A DNA stretch of 64,000 nucleotides from a virus (taxonomy: Duplodnaviria; Caudoviricetes), in IMG/VR virus record IMGVR_UViG_3300027612_000005, positions 1,043 through 65,042 of that record. One strand, given 5' to 3'. The notes beneath the pieces were generated by a model, which ran no database searches, had not been told where the DNA came from, and worked only from the letters and a program-made list of their open reading frames with translations. Positions 12,001 through 20,851 of the stretch are shown here, one piece after another; within the stretch, counting starts at the first letter, position 1; each line of letters begins with the position of its first letter. A program made the translations under genes and the position numbers.

Positions 12001-14496
12001 ACCGCCATTTTCTGCAAAATATCCAATTTGACAATAGTATGTAAAGACTGATACAAGTTCTGCTCTTGCATTGTTTGTAATCCAGGCACCGATGCCGTCC
12101 GATAATACTTGTGTAAAGTCGTTTGATGTCATTGATTTATTTCCGCCATTGTGTAGAGAGCCATCAACTTTTTTACCAATACATCCTGTGCCAATATTTG
12201 TAACTCCTTGGATATAAGGAGAACGATTTTTAATCCATGTACGTTCGTCATCTGGTCCCCAACCTGGATCAAGGCTTACACAAGCTCCTCCAGTTGGTCT
12301 TTGATATAATTCAAAAACTTCTGGCGGACGTAGTACTCCCACTAGTCCTTCAGTGGTACAATTTCGCAAGCCTGTTGTGTCTCGCATATAAAAGAGGTCA
12401 TCAAGTTGGCTTCCGAGAGCAGCATTTGTCCATCTTCTTGCTGCTAGCAATGTTCTATGATTTCCAGAATATTTTAAATCTTGTATGATGCCGCGTAGCA
12501 TTGCATAAACATCTTCTCTAATTTGTCTTTCATCAAATACAATACTAGGATATGTATCTTGTAAGAATAAAAATACATCTCTAGCAATAAGTTTTCTGTT
12601 GTTAAGTAATTGTACTCCTGCATTTATAAGAGATAACTCAGATGTTAATTCGTTTGTTCCTACGTTAGTAGGATCTGTATCTCCGCTTTCAACTCTGTAT
12701 CTAATATAACTTTCGTAATCGGTCATTAATTCTGTAATTCTAATAGCTGCAAACCCATTAGATAAAGCATCATCATTAAAGTTTTGCTCAATGTTATTTC
12801 CAGAATACACTGACACTGGTTGATTTAAAAGGATTCCTTCTAAAAGACTTGTTATGTGTATATTATAAGCACTTACATATTGTAAACCGTCTTGATATGC
12901 CGGAATAGGCTGATTGGCGGAAATAACTGTAGCTCTTAATTCATCACCTACAACTGCACATCCTGCAGGAATGCTTAATGGTGCCTTTTCGTGATATTTT
13001 CCAGTAGAAACTGCAATTTTAGTAGGAGACAACGGATCGAAATTATCTTCTATATATTCACAGGCAAATCTTACACTTCTAAATGGTTTGTCGAAAGATA
13101 TTCCGTAGCCGTCGTCGTCTTCTCCTAGAGGAGAAACATATATTACATCAGAATCATTTAAAAATCTTCTCCAAAAAACTTCTAAATCAGAAGATACTGA
13201 CAATGCTTGTCCTTCTTCTCCAATTGGTACTCTTGTATCTGATAATGTACTTCCGTCTCCGTAGTTTTCTCTAGAAAGCCCGTAGGTTAAAAGATCACCC
13301 TTATCGTGCAGACCACCTGGTCTGCCTGCTTGTATTAATAAATCCCAATATTCAAATCCGCTGCCGTTGTCGCCTGGAGAATTATCGTAAACTGCTTCGT
13401 GTTCAAAATTACATTTATATGCTGTTCCTAGATGATATACAACATGACCAACAGAATAATAATTTCCCACATTCCAATTTTCAACAAAGTTTTGACCTTT
13501 ATTAACTAATTCCCATAAATCTGGATCTAAATAATCTGCACTACTTCCATCTGTCGCTGTTGTATTAATATCGCTTTTTGCAATATATAAATCACCACCT
13601 CTTAAAACAACATCACCTGTTTTATAAACTGTAGTAATTTCCCAATCGTCTACAAATCTATATGCACTTGCAAGTATAATCCAATTTTGCGTACTATCAT
13701 TACTTGTACCGCTCGGTTCAGTATCGTAGTTATTGTTTATAGCATAGTACAAAAATCCGCCGTGTCTTACGATATCGCCTTGGTTATAAAAAGTAATATT
13801 ATTCCATTCGCCGTTATTTTGCGATCCTGGAAATTCTAAGTCAAAAACTCTATCGTCTAAGTTAGTTGGATTTGATGTATGTGTTTCGGTACAACGAAAA
13901 ATTGTAGCACCATACTTTACTAAATCATTCTTTCTATATTCTGTACTTGGCTGCCATTCTCCGACATACTCAACACCTTCGTGAAATACTGTCCAATCAT
14001 TAACATTATCTTCAAGTATTGCTCCACTTAAATGTGCAAATTCACATTTGTATGCAATACCGTTATATTTTACAACAGATCCAGGACCATACGAAGTATT
14101 TTGTTGCCAATCTCCTACAAATCCTTGATGTAGTGTTTTTTCAGTCCAGTGAGCAATGTCAGCAAAAAATGTACTAGCGAGGTGATCTTGTACACATTCC
14201 CACAAATTACCATCGAACAAAATGATATCACCTAAGTTATATTCTGTGCCTTCTGTCCACGATCCTACAAAAGACTTACCGCTAGTCATTACAACCCATC
14301 TAGGAGCAGGTTGCGGAGGATTTGATCCTACTACAATGGCGTCTAAATCTTCTCTAAACACTCCGGCAGTATGACCTATCACACAGACATAGCTCTTACC
14401 ATTAACTCTAACTATGTCATCTCTTTTGTATATAATTCCTGAAGTCCAATCACCTCTCCAGTTATATTTAAATCTATCTAACTTAAATTCAGCCAT
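9001..14496 (-). CDS. Giant virion fibre/appendage protein (1831 aa), paralog of 937-8952
   Basis: Same MAEFKL.R start, WxGxW repeats, SPY.Q..T.....G.K.DG.LHNGGN.SM.SNDFTQV block, Asp-box motifs and GHDFLDIGTGNF C-terminus. Confidence 0.7.
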   Translation of the reverse strand: MAEFKLDRFKYNWRGDWTSGIIYKRDDIVRVNGKSYVCVIGHTAGVFREDLDAIVVGSNPPQPAPRWVVMTSGKSFVGSWTEGTEYNLGDIILFDGNLWECVQDHLASTFFADIAHWTEKTLHQGFVGDWQQNTSYGPGSVVKYNGIAYKCEFAHLSGAILEDNVNDWTVFHEGVEYVGEWQPSTEYRKNDLVKYGATIFRCTETHTSNPTNLDDRVFDLEFPGSQNNGEWNNITFYNQGDIVRHGGFLYYAINNNYDTEPSGTSNDSTQNWIILASAYRFVDDWEITTVYKTGDVVLRGGDLYIAKSDINTTATDGSSADYLDPDLWELVNKGQNFVENWNVGNYYSVGHVVYHLGTAYKCNFEHEAVYDNSPGDNGSGFEYWDLLIQAGRPGGLHDKGDLLTYGLSRENYGDGSTLSDTRVPIGEEGQALSVSSDLEVFWRRFLNDSDVIYVSPLGEDDDGYGISFDKPFRSVRFACEYIEDNFDPLSPTKIAVSTGKYHEKAPLSIPAGCAVVGDELRATVISANQPIPAYQDGLQYVSAYNIHITSLLEGILLNQPVSVYSGNNIEQNFNDDALSNGFAAIRITELMTDYESYIRYRVESGDTDPTNVGTNELTSELSLINAGVQLLNNRKLIARDVFLFLQDTYPSIVFDERQIREDVYAMLRGIIQDLKYSGNHRTLLAARRWTNAALGSQLDDLFYMRDTTGLRNCTTEGLVGVLRPPEVFELYQRPTGGACVSLDPGWGPDDERTWIKNRSPYIQGVTNIGTGCIGKKVDGSLHNGGNKSMTSNDFTQVLSDGIGAWITNNARAELVSVFTYYCQIGYFAENGGVIRATNGNNSYGSFGSIAQGNDLDETPDDCLVWNRNNEAQVKQAFAGGANDHVYVFEYTNTGQEYTTADAEIVGAGDFADVEYKSFRTGALSEARLINTQGSGSEGGSGFLIRQGYAQVTVDSTSSITLSATDVTKDISEIVGCRILIISGDGGGQYGYIADFDPVTRVVDVLKDSDDQPGWDHVVPGTPIEQSLDSTAQYRIEPRIVATKPNFTTTNRGLPASREFIDIAFGGHTKTYLGLTAQLGTGETFDGDPAAAEFRVERVGAVYNTTLSSGGLGYAIGDTITISGTQLGGASPANDITITVESVSDDSSNSILTFTETGTPVGGRFILIDNDQFVYFSENGINWQERELSFQGSFTKVVPGLDRFIAIASNESRLSFSYDGDSWITRALPSTENWVDAAFGNNTFVLIAENSNNGAYSVNGLSWSAMTLPTGDDSTGDQWQAVEYGAGTFLAIAGSNTKDVAYSTDGINWSMYSNVIPAGNYDWVSLVYHNNRFIAVDATGKTIFSLDHGETWLVGGTIEYNTGIGTTEVSVKDVKVGNGLFMAVGDFDGVASNFVFQSQFGLTWESKELPSSQNWTSVAYADLNNFGTFVAVSSNSTVSGSCQHIRTGAQALVRADVFQGSFQNVLIWDPGSNYTDAAPPVFTVTDNSFVVEVEIDPRLGNNALPQPDFINRGSGYRSSSSEITISGDGFADIIPEENTLTLTGVSIVPGPGVQIRIDGILDEDTVDPDDLDLFTGIEIIDLGDDGTGNGTRLVQFKVTPKLKNEYNLQHLTGATLRSRYSQCRVSGHDFLDIGTGNFEETNYPEIYAGGAFFTAAPENEVLELEGGRVFYVSTDQDGNFRGGELFSVEQATGIVTISAEFFDLDGLSELALGGVRLGGTGTVVREFSTDPTMSEDSNNVIPTQRAVTTFLEQRLSVGGENLEANNVIAGRVSFGTSDNVIRSASDEYIFFDRPAVFDGVYTDEDEVEQLTGISGTIISQMLYFKGFDETMQ

Positions 14497-14505
14497 TTTT
14501 AATCC

Positions 14506-14916
14506 TTATTTAATTACCTGGTCTTCTGGTACTTCCCCATATGCAGGAGTTGAAATATTATCTGGGTATTCGTATGCTTCCGAAATACGTTGTATAAATT
14601 GTCCATCTTCCGGATCAATATAGTAAAGTAAACTTCTACCATCCCATTTAATTTGCGGATAGCGTAAGTTTTGATATACAACATCGTGTTCTGCATCAAT
14701 GCCTTCTAAAAAGTCAATACCTTCTTCAAAGTCCGGATAGTTATTCTCAGCAATACCTACATCGTTAATTGTTGCAGTATTACCCGCACCAAATGCTAAC
14801 TGATCAGACACCATTAGATAAAGTTCGCCGTCTTCATTTCTGCGTAATCCGTAAAAATATCTTTTAATAAATCCTGCTTGTACGTCTTGAGGACTAGTGC
14901 CAATATAATAACTCAT
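14506..14916 (-). CDS. Hypothetical protein (136 aa) in fibre cluster
   Basis: ORF track; TAATG-type coupling to neighbouring gene. Confidence 0.6.
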   Translation of the reverse strand: MSYYIGTSPQDVQAGFIKRYFYGLRRNEDGELYLMVSDQLAFGAGNTATINDVGIAENNYPDFEEGIDFLEGIDAEHDVVYQNLRYPQIKWDGRSLLYYIDPEDGQFIQRISEAYEYPDNISTPAYGEVPEDQVIK

Positions 14917-15245
14917 TATGTAATCTCCACATAGCTTACTACAACATCTACCGAATCATCTAAACTAGATGATACTAACAGTCTGTTGCTCGGTGCTAAA
15001 ACTAATTTTTCTCCAGTTGATACAGCTCTTAAACTCGAACCTGCTGGTAAAATTGTATCTTTTAAATAATAACCAGTAACGCTAGTATCGTCTTCGATAA
15101 GAACATTAACGTACAAAAACTTATCAGTCAAGTTAGTAAAACTTAATCCTAATATTGTTGCTCTTGTACTAGGTGCAGTTTCGTAAATCTCTACTGGAAC
15201 TGTTCCACAATTTTTTATTACTGTATTTTTTAATATAGTTGCCAT
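14916..15245 (-). CDS. Small (109 aa) virion-associated protein, paralog of 580-918
   Basis: ORF track; PVEIYETAPSTRATILGLSFTN motif resembles the other two small ORFs. Confidence 0.6.
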   Translation of the reverse strand: MATILKNTVIKNCGTVPVEIYETAPSTRATILGLSFTNLTDKFLYVNVLIEDDTSVTGYYLKDTILPAGSSLRAVSTGEKLVLAPSNRLLVSSSLDDSVDVVVSYVEIT

Positions 15246-15251
15246 GTTTTC

Positions 15252-18200
15252 TTATCCAAATATTAATACCTTTTCAATAGCGATGTTTTCTGCGTCTGCA
15301 AAACTAATACCGCCTGACGATCCTGCAACAGATACCCAACTAGTTCCGTCGTACAACTCAACCCTCGAATCTTCAGTGTTATATCTCACCATACCCTGTA
15401 CACCTGTGGGTCTTGTTGCATTATTGCCTACAGGTAAAACCACGCCGTATGGGTCTGTAAATTCTACATATCCTGTTCCTGTAGTTGAAAACGTAGTATT
15501 ACTATTAGGAACCGTATTAGTTATTCGGTTATCCTTAAATGCAAAGTTCTCAAATACTACACTACCAGTGCCGTTAGCATAAAACGTAAGATCCGTATTT
15601 GTTGTAACTGTACTTATCACATTCCCGTCTATCTCGATGTCATCTACGGTTAATCTTTTAGTATTAAGTCGAGAAGTATCTAAATCTGCAACTAGTTCTC
15701 CTTGAGAATAAAATCTAATTATATTATCGTTAGCACCTTCTGTTAATTCAGCAGTAATTTTAGTATCGCCGTCAAGGTCTGAAAGTCCACTTAGGCTTAG
15801 CCAGTTAGTTCCATTATAACCTTCAAATCTTGCAGATTCATTATTAAATCTTATTTGACCTGCTTGTGCAGTAGGTCTTTGTGCATCATTACCTACCGGC
15901 AATGCTATTGCACCTGTTGAATCAATTACTACACGCTCACTTCCAGGAGTTATTGTAAAATCACCTGTACTTGTAATAGTTGAATTGTTAATCGTAAATG
16001 TGTCAATAATGATAGAACCTGTGCCGGCTGCACGTAATTCTAAATCACTATTGCTATTTGTAGTAGTAATATAGTTATCGTCAACAAGAATATCACCTGT
16101 ACTAAATCTATTAGCTTCTATAGTACCTGTAGAAACAATATTTCCTACTGTAAATGTTCCGTTAACATCTAAATTATTTTCAATAACAACATCATTATTA
16201 GGAATATTAATTATTCCAGAACCATTTGCTCTTAATTCTAAATCACTATTTGAAAGTGTAGTGGTTATTACATTTCCTGCAATTTGAATATCTTCAAACT
16301 GTGCAGTAGAACTTACAGTTATTGTACCAGATATAGAAGCATTTTTGCTTATATCTATATTGCCTGTTATTTCAGTATTTCCTGTCTGTGTTATATCACC
16401 ATTAACTGTAGTATTGCTTAGAGTAGCTGTACCGTTAACTGTTAAGTCTTGTTCTATAAGAACATCGTTAGTTGGAATTAATATTTCACCAGTACCATTA
16501 GCACGTAGTTCTAGATCTGAATCACTAGTAGTTGTAGTAATAAAGTTGTCGTCAATTAAGATATCACCAGTGCTAAATCTATTAGCAGTAATAGTACCTG
16601 CACTATTGATATCACCAACAGTTATTGTGCCGTCGACTGCTAAATCATTTACAATATGCACATCATTATTTGGTATTAGAATTTCACCAGTGCCATTTGC
16701 ACGTAATTCTAAATCTGCGTTTGATGTAGTAGTAGTAATAAAATTATCGTCAACTAGTATTTCTTCAAACTGTGCAGAGCGTGTAACAGTTAAGTCTCCG
16801 CCAACAGATACATCGCTTGTAATTGTATAATCACCACTTTGAGTTATATCTCCTGTGATGTTTATAGTGCCGCTTAATGATGTATCACCTAATGTTGCAT
16901 CACCGTTAACAAATAAATTATTTGTAATTCTTACATCATTATTTGGTATTAAGATCTCACCAGTACCGTTAGCACGTAGTTCTAGATCACTATTTGAATT
17001 TGTTGTAGCAATAAAGTTGTCTTCAATTAAAATATTACCGTTGGTAATTTCTCCAGCAATTTCAAAATTGCCTGTTTGAACTAAATTGCCTGTATGTGTT
17101 ATTGTGCCAGTAATAGTTGTATCTTGTAGATCTGTATTACCGCTTACTGTTAATGCTTGGCCAAATATTACATCATTTGTAGGAATATTAATAGTACCAC
17201 TGCCATTAGCACGTAGCTCTAAATCACTATTTGAAAGAGTTGTTTCAATAGTGTTAGAATCTATTTGAATATTGCCGTTTGTAAACGAACCAGTAATTGA
17301 ATAGTTGCCAGTTTGTGTAGTGTCGCCTATATGTGTAAGCGTTCCTGTAATCGCTGTATCTTGTAAATCAGTGTCGCCGCTTACAGTTAAATTGTTGTTA
17401 ATTTGTACATCATTATTTGGTATTAAAATTTCACCAGTGCCATTAGCACGTAGTTCTAGATCTGAATTACTATCAGTTGTAGTAATAAAGTTATCTTCGA
17501 TTAAAATATTACCATTAGTAATTTCACCAGCAATTTCAAAATTTCCAGTTTGTGTAGTGTTTCCTACATGTATTATTGTACCGGTAATTGTTGTATCTGC
17601 AAGTGTAGTGAGACCTTCAACTGTTAAATTTTGTGTAATATTAACATCATTGTTAGGTATTAGGATTTCACCAGTTCCGTTAGCACGTAATTCTAAATTG
17701 CTATTGCTTTGTGTAGTTGTAATGTAATTGTCATCAACTAAAATATCGCCAGTACTAAAACTAATAGCAGTAATTGATCCAGTTGTTGTTAAAGTATTTG
17801 CTGTTATTTCACCTACAACTGTAAGATCGTTTGTAATTTCTACATCATTGTTAGGTACTAGAATATTACCTGTTCCGTTTGCACGTAGTTCTAAATTTGC
17901 ATTTGAAGTTGTTGTAGTAATGTAGTTGTCATCAACTAAAATTTCTTCAAACTGTGCTGCACCGCTAACTGTTAATGTTTGATCAACTACTAGTGAACCT
18001 GCTAAATCTAGTTCCCCTGATAGGTTTACATTTCCTGTTACTGTTAACAATCCTGAAACATTTGTTGTAGACAAATTAGTAGTACCATCTACATTCAAAT
18101 CGTTGTCAATTTGTACGTTGTTAGACGGCACTAATACATCACCAGTACCGTTGGCACGTAATTCTAGATCACTGTTTGATGCAGTAGTAGTAATGTAGTT

Positions 18201-20696
18201 GTCTCTAATTTCAATATCGTCTGCATTTATTTGATTAATGTATAGATTTTTCCAGCGAAGAGATGTAGTACCGAGACTATATGTACTAGTAGTACTTGGA
18301 ATAATATCTGAATCAATTCCTGCAACAATTTGTATTGTGTCAGTTGCTTCATCACCAATAGTAATATTACCGCCAATAGTAACGTTTCCAGTAACATCTA
18401 AATTACCAGCAACATTTACATCACCGTTTAAATTAAGTTCTTGATTGCTAGGTGATAAATTAATATCTCCGCTTAAACTAGATACAGTGTTTCCGCTAAT
18501 TCTTAAATTTCCTGTATCTATTTTAGTAGCATCAATAAATGTTGTATTCGATCCATCTGTTATTGTTAACCCGCCAGCGGTATTAATTGTAAAGTTGGCT
18601 GCATTAAAACTAATATTACCAGTTTGTTGATCAACAAAGAATAAATCTCCAACTCTAAAATCGCCATCTTGGTCGACAGTATTGTATCTAATTTTAGCAT
18701 CGTTAGTTTCAATTACTTCATTGTCTTGAATAATCGCTTCGGCTTCGTTAGTAAATTCTTTACCAACACCAATATATGCCATATTGTGTCCAATTGCATA
18801 CATTAAAACGCCCGAGCCGTCGCCAACTAATCCATAATTTCCGTAAACACTTGCAGAAGCAATTAATCTAACTTCTGCACCAAAGTCCATTAAGTCGTAA
18901 TTTTCAATACTTGTAGCAGTTGCACCACTTCCTACTGTTGCTACAATCGATTGTGGGGTAAAATCAAATCCTAATAAATCTGTGTTTTTGCCATCGACTA
19001 TAAGAGTATTGCCGCTAACATCGTCTACACTAACATTAATTACAGTTGATGAATCTGTTGATGTAAATTCTACTGTATCACCTGCGGCAAATGTTCCACT
19101 TACTCCGCCGAGTTTAATTCGTGTTTTACCATTTCCGTATATTCCGTCATTAGAGTCAAAAGCATACATCGAACGATTGGCAAAATATGTAAAACTGTTT
19201 AACCACTCGATTCTAGCACCGTTAGTTGCAGTAAGTCCGTCAACACCGGGCGTTATAAATGTAACGCTGTGGAATAACATTGCTGCTTCTTTTGAGTTAG
19301 CAGTTGCATAAGCACCGTCAACGTATGCTCCTTTACCTGCATCTCCTGTATCGAAGCCTCTCGGATCATTTACACTTGTAGTACTACCTTGAGTAATTAC
19401 ACTTACATTTTTAATATACGGCGAACGACTATTTACTTCAAAATCTGTCGCAAAACGGAAAGCATATCCGTTATCTGGAAACACTCTAGTATCGCCGTTG
19501 CAACTAAAAGTTAATCCGCTTAAAAATACATTATTGCCGATAGTTGCGGTACCACCGGAATGTGTTAATACTAGTACTCCAGTAGTATGTGTATAAGTTG
19601 CTCCTGTTATAGAGTAATCAATGCCGCCGATATTAATTGTGCCGCCGCTTACATAAGTATGAGCTTTGTCAGTTATTCCGACATTAACAGTTGTGCTTCC
19701 TGCACTTGCACTATTAACTTCAAAAAAGTTTCCGCCACTAAAGAAATCTGCAACAGTAAGATCTTCTATTGTAGTTTCGCCATTTAATAAAAATGTATCG
19801 TTATAACGTGTTTCAGTTGTTGGAACAATTTTAACTGATCTTATTCCTGTACCTTTAATACTTACTCCTTGAGGTACAGTTAATGGAAATTCTTCTGTAA
19901 ATACACCTGGAGAAATATGAACAGTGTCTCCAGAAGTTGCTTGGCTAAGAGCATGTTTTATACTTGCAAACGGATCTTGGTAATGTGTGCCAGTTTTAGT
20001 ATCATCGCCGTTTTCTGCAACATAAAAAATATTTCCATGTCTTAATGTAAGATCAATTCCTTCAACAATCAAGTCTTGAGAATCAACATTGCTTGCATAC
20101 AAGTTAGTAGCCCAAACGTCTTTCCAAGATTTACCTAATTCGCCTAAATTATATGTATCCGTATCATTTGGAATAATATCTGATGCTATTTCTGCATTAA
20201 TAGTAATGCTATCTGTATCTGCATCACCGATTATAACATTGCCGTCTGCTGTAATGTTTCCAGTAGCATGAATATTGCCGTCAACATTTAAATTTGAGTG
20301 TATTTGAACACTACCACTTCCGTTTGGACGGAGTTCTAAGTTTGCGTTTGAGTCGTTAGTTGAAATGGTATTACCTTCAACATCGATGCTATCTACACGT
20401 AATCTATTTAGAGAAACAACAGTGTCAAGTGTTGCTAAATTTAGGTATTGTTTAGTTGTACTAATAGTATTGCCGCTAATATTAATATCGGCAATGTCTG
20501 CTTCATTAGTAACTATTAAATCTGTAGTACGAGTTGTACCGTTAATATCTATTTCGTATTCAGGATTAGATTTCTTAACGCCGATGCGCTGATTATTAAC
20601 ATCTAGATATAATAAGTCTGTCTCAAAGGCTAGGTCGATCCCATTACGGATCAAGTTAGACTTTAAGAGCGGACCTGATATGCGACCAACAGCCAT
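15252..20696 (-). CDS. Long tail-fibre-like protein (1814 aa) with ~12 internal DNxITTTxSNSDLELRANGTG repeats
   Basis: Repetitive beta-rich shaft; C-terminal LPVGN.A.RP....G..R(F/Y)N....(F/V)E.Y.G..W fibre motifs; GAGGAG RBS. Confidence 0.7.
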   Translation of the reverse strand: MAVGRISGPLLKSNLIRNGIDLAFETDLLYLDVNNQRIGVKKSNPEYEIDINGTTRTTDLIVTNEADIADINISGNTISTTKQYLNLATLDTVVSLNRLRVDSIDVEGNTISTNDSNANLELRPNGSGSVQIHSNLNVDGNIHATGNITADGNVIIGDADTDSITINAEIASDIIPNDTDTYNLGELGKSWKDVWATNLYASNVDSQDLIVEGIDLTLRHGNIFYVAENGDDTKTGTHYQDPFASIKHALSQATSGDTVHISPGVFTEEFPLTVPQGVSIKGTGIRSVKIVPTTETRYNDTFLLNGETTIEDLTVADFFSGGNFFEVNSASAGSTTVNVGITDKAHTYVSGGTINIGGIDYSITGATYTHTTGVLVLTHSGGTATIGNNVFLSGLTFSCNGDTRVFPDNGYAFRFATDFEVNSRSPYIKNVSVITQGSTTSVNDPRGFDTGDAGKGAYVDGAYATANSKEAAMLFHSVTFITPGVDGLTATNGARIEWLNSFTYFANRSMYAFDSNDGIYGNGKTRIKLGGVSGTFAAGDTVEFTSTDSSTVINVSVDDVSGNTLIVDGKNTDLLGFDFTPQSIVATVGSGATATSIENYDLMDFGAEVRLIASASVYGNYGLVGDGSGVLMYAIGHNMAYIGVGKEFTNEAEAIIQDNEVIETNDAKIRYNTVDQDGDFRVGDLFFVDQQTGNISFNAANFTINTAGGLTITDGSNTTFIDATKIDTGNLRISGNTVSSLSGDINLSPSNQELNLNGDVNVAGNLDVTGNVTIGGNITIGDEATDTIQIVAGIDSDIIPSTTSTYSLGTTSLRWKNLYINQINADDIEIRDNYITTTASNSDLELRANGTGDVLVPSNNVQIDNDLNVDGTTNLSTTNVSGLLTVTGNVNLSGELDLAGSLVVDQTLTVSGAAQFEEILVDDNYITTTTSNANLELRANGTGNILVPNNDVEITNDLTVVGEITANTLTTTGSITAISFSTGDILVDDNYITTTQSNSNLELRANGTGEILIPNNDVNITQNLTVEGLTTLADTTITGTIIHVGNTTQTGNFEIAGEITNGNILIEDNFITTTDSNSDLELRANGTGEILIPNNDVQINNNLTVSGDTDLQDTAITGTLTHIGDTTQTGNYSITGSFTNGNIQIDSNTIETTLSNSDLELRANGSGTINIPTNDVIFGQALTVSGNTDLQDTTITGTITHTGNLVQTGNFEIAGEITNGNILIEDNFIATTNSNSDLELRANGTGEILIPNNDVRITNNLFVNGDATLGDTSLSGTINITGDITQSGDYTITSDVSVGGDLTVTRSAQFEEILVDDNFITTTTSNADLELRANGTGEILIPNNDVHIVNDLAVDGTITVGDINSAGTITANRFSTGDILIDDNFITTTTSDSDLELRANGTGEILIPTNDVLIEQDLTVNGTATLSNTTVNGDITQTGNTEITGNIDISKNASISGTITVSSTAQFEDIQIAGNVITTTLSNSDLELRANGSGIINIPNNDVVIENNLDVNGTFTVGNIVSTGTIEANRFSTGDILVDDNYITTTNSNSDLELRAAGTGSIIIDTFTINNSTITSTGDFTITPGSERVVIDSTGAIALPVGNDAQRPTAQAGQIRFNNESARFEGYNGTNWLSLSGLSDLDGDTKITAELTEGANDNIIRFYSQGELVADLDTSRLNTKRLTVDDIEIDGNVISTVTTNTDLTFYANGTGSVVFENFAFKDNRITNTVPNSNTTFSTTGTGYVEFTDPYGVVLPVGNNATRPTGVQGMVRYNTEDSRVELYDGTSWVSVAGSSGGISFADAENIAIEKVLIFG
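16020..18200 (-). repeat. Intragenic tandem coding repeats (about 10 copies, variable spacing of ~60-100 codons) with near-identical DNA cores such as GA(T/A)CTAGAACTACGTGCTAA(C/T)GG
   Basis: Plus-strand gcacgtag/aattcta(g/a)atc recurs near 16030, 16230, 16500, 16700, 16975, 17210, 17450, 17685, 17880, 18155. Confidence 0.85.
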
Positions 20697-20828
20697 CTCT
20701 TCTCCTCAATACGGGGATCCTGTCCCTCTAGCCTAAATTTTCAGCTTTCGCTCTTTGCTGGCTAACCACAGTTCGTCCTGCAAAGTGTGTCTGAGACACT
20801 GGTCTTACTTTGCATTAATAGTATTTAT
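20697..20828 (-). promoter_or_regulatory. Late promoter (ATAAATA, 20822-20828) followed by a ~120-nt structured 5' leader
   Basis: 8-bp stem 20779-20786/20807-20814 enclosing a 5-bp hairpin; second long irregular hairpin 20715-20778; RBS at 20702-20707. Confidence 0.6.
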
Positions 20829-20851
20829 CGATTATAGAAATAATAGCTGTA

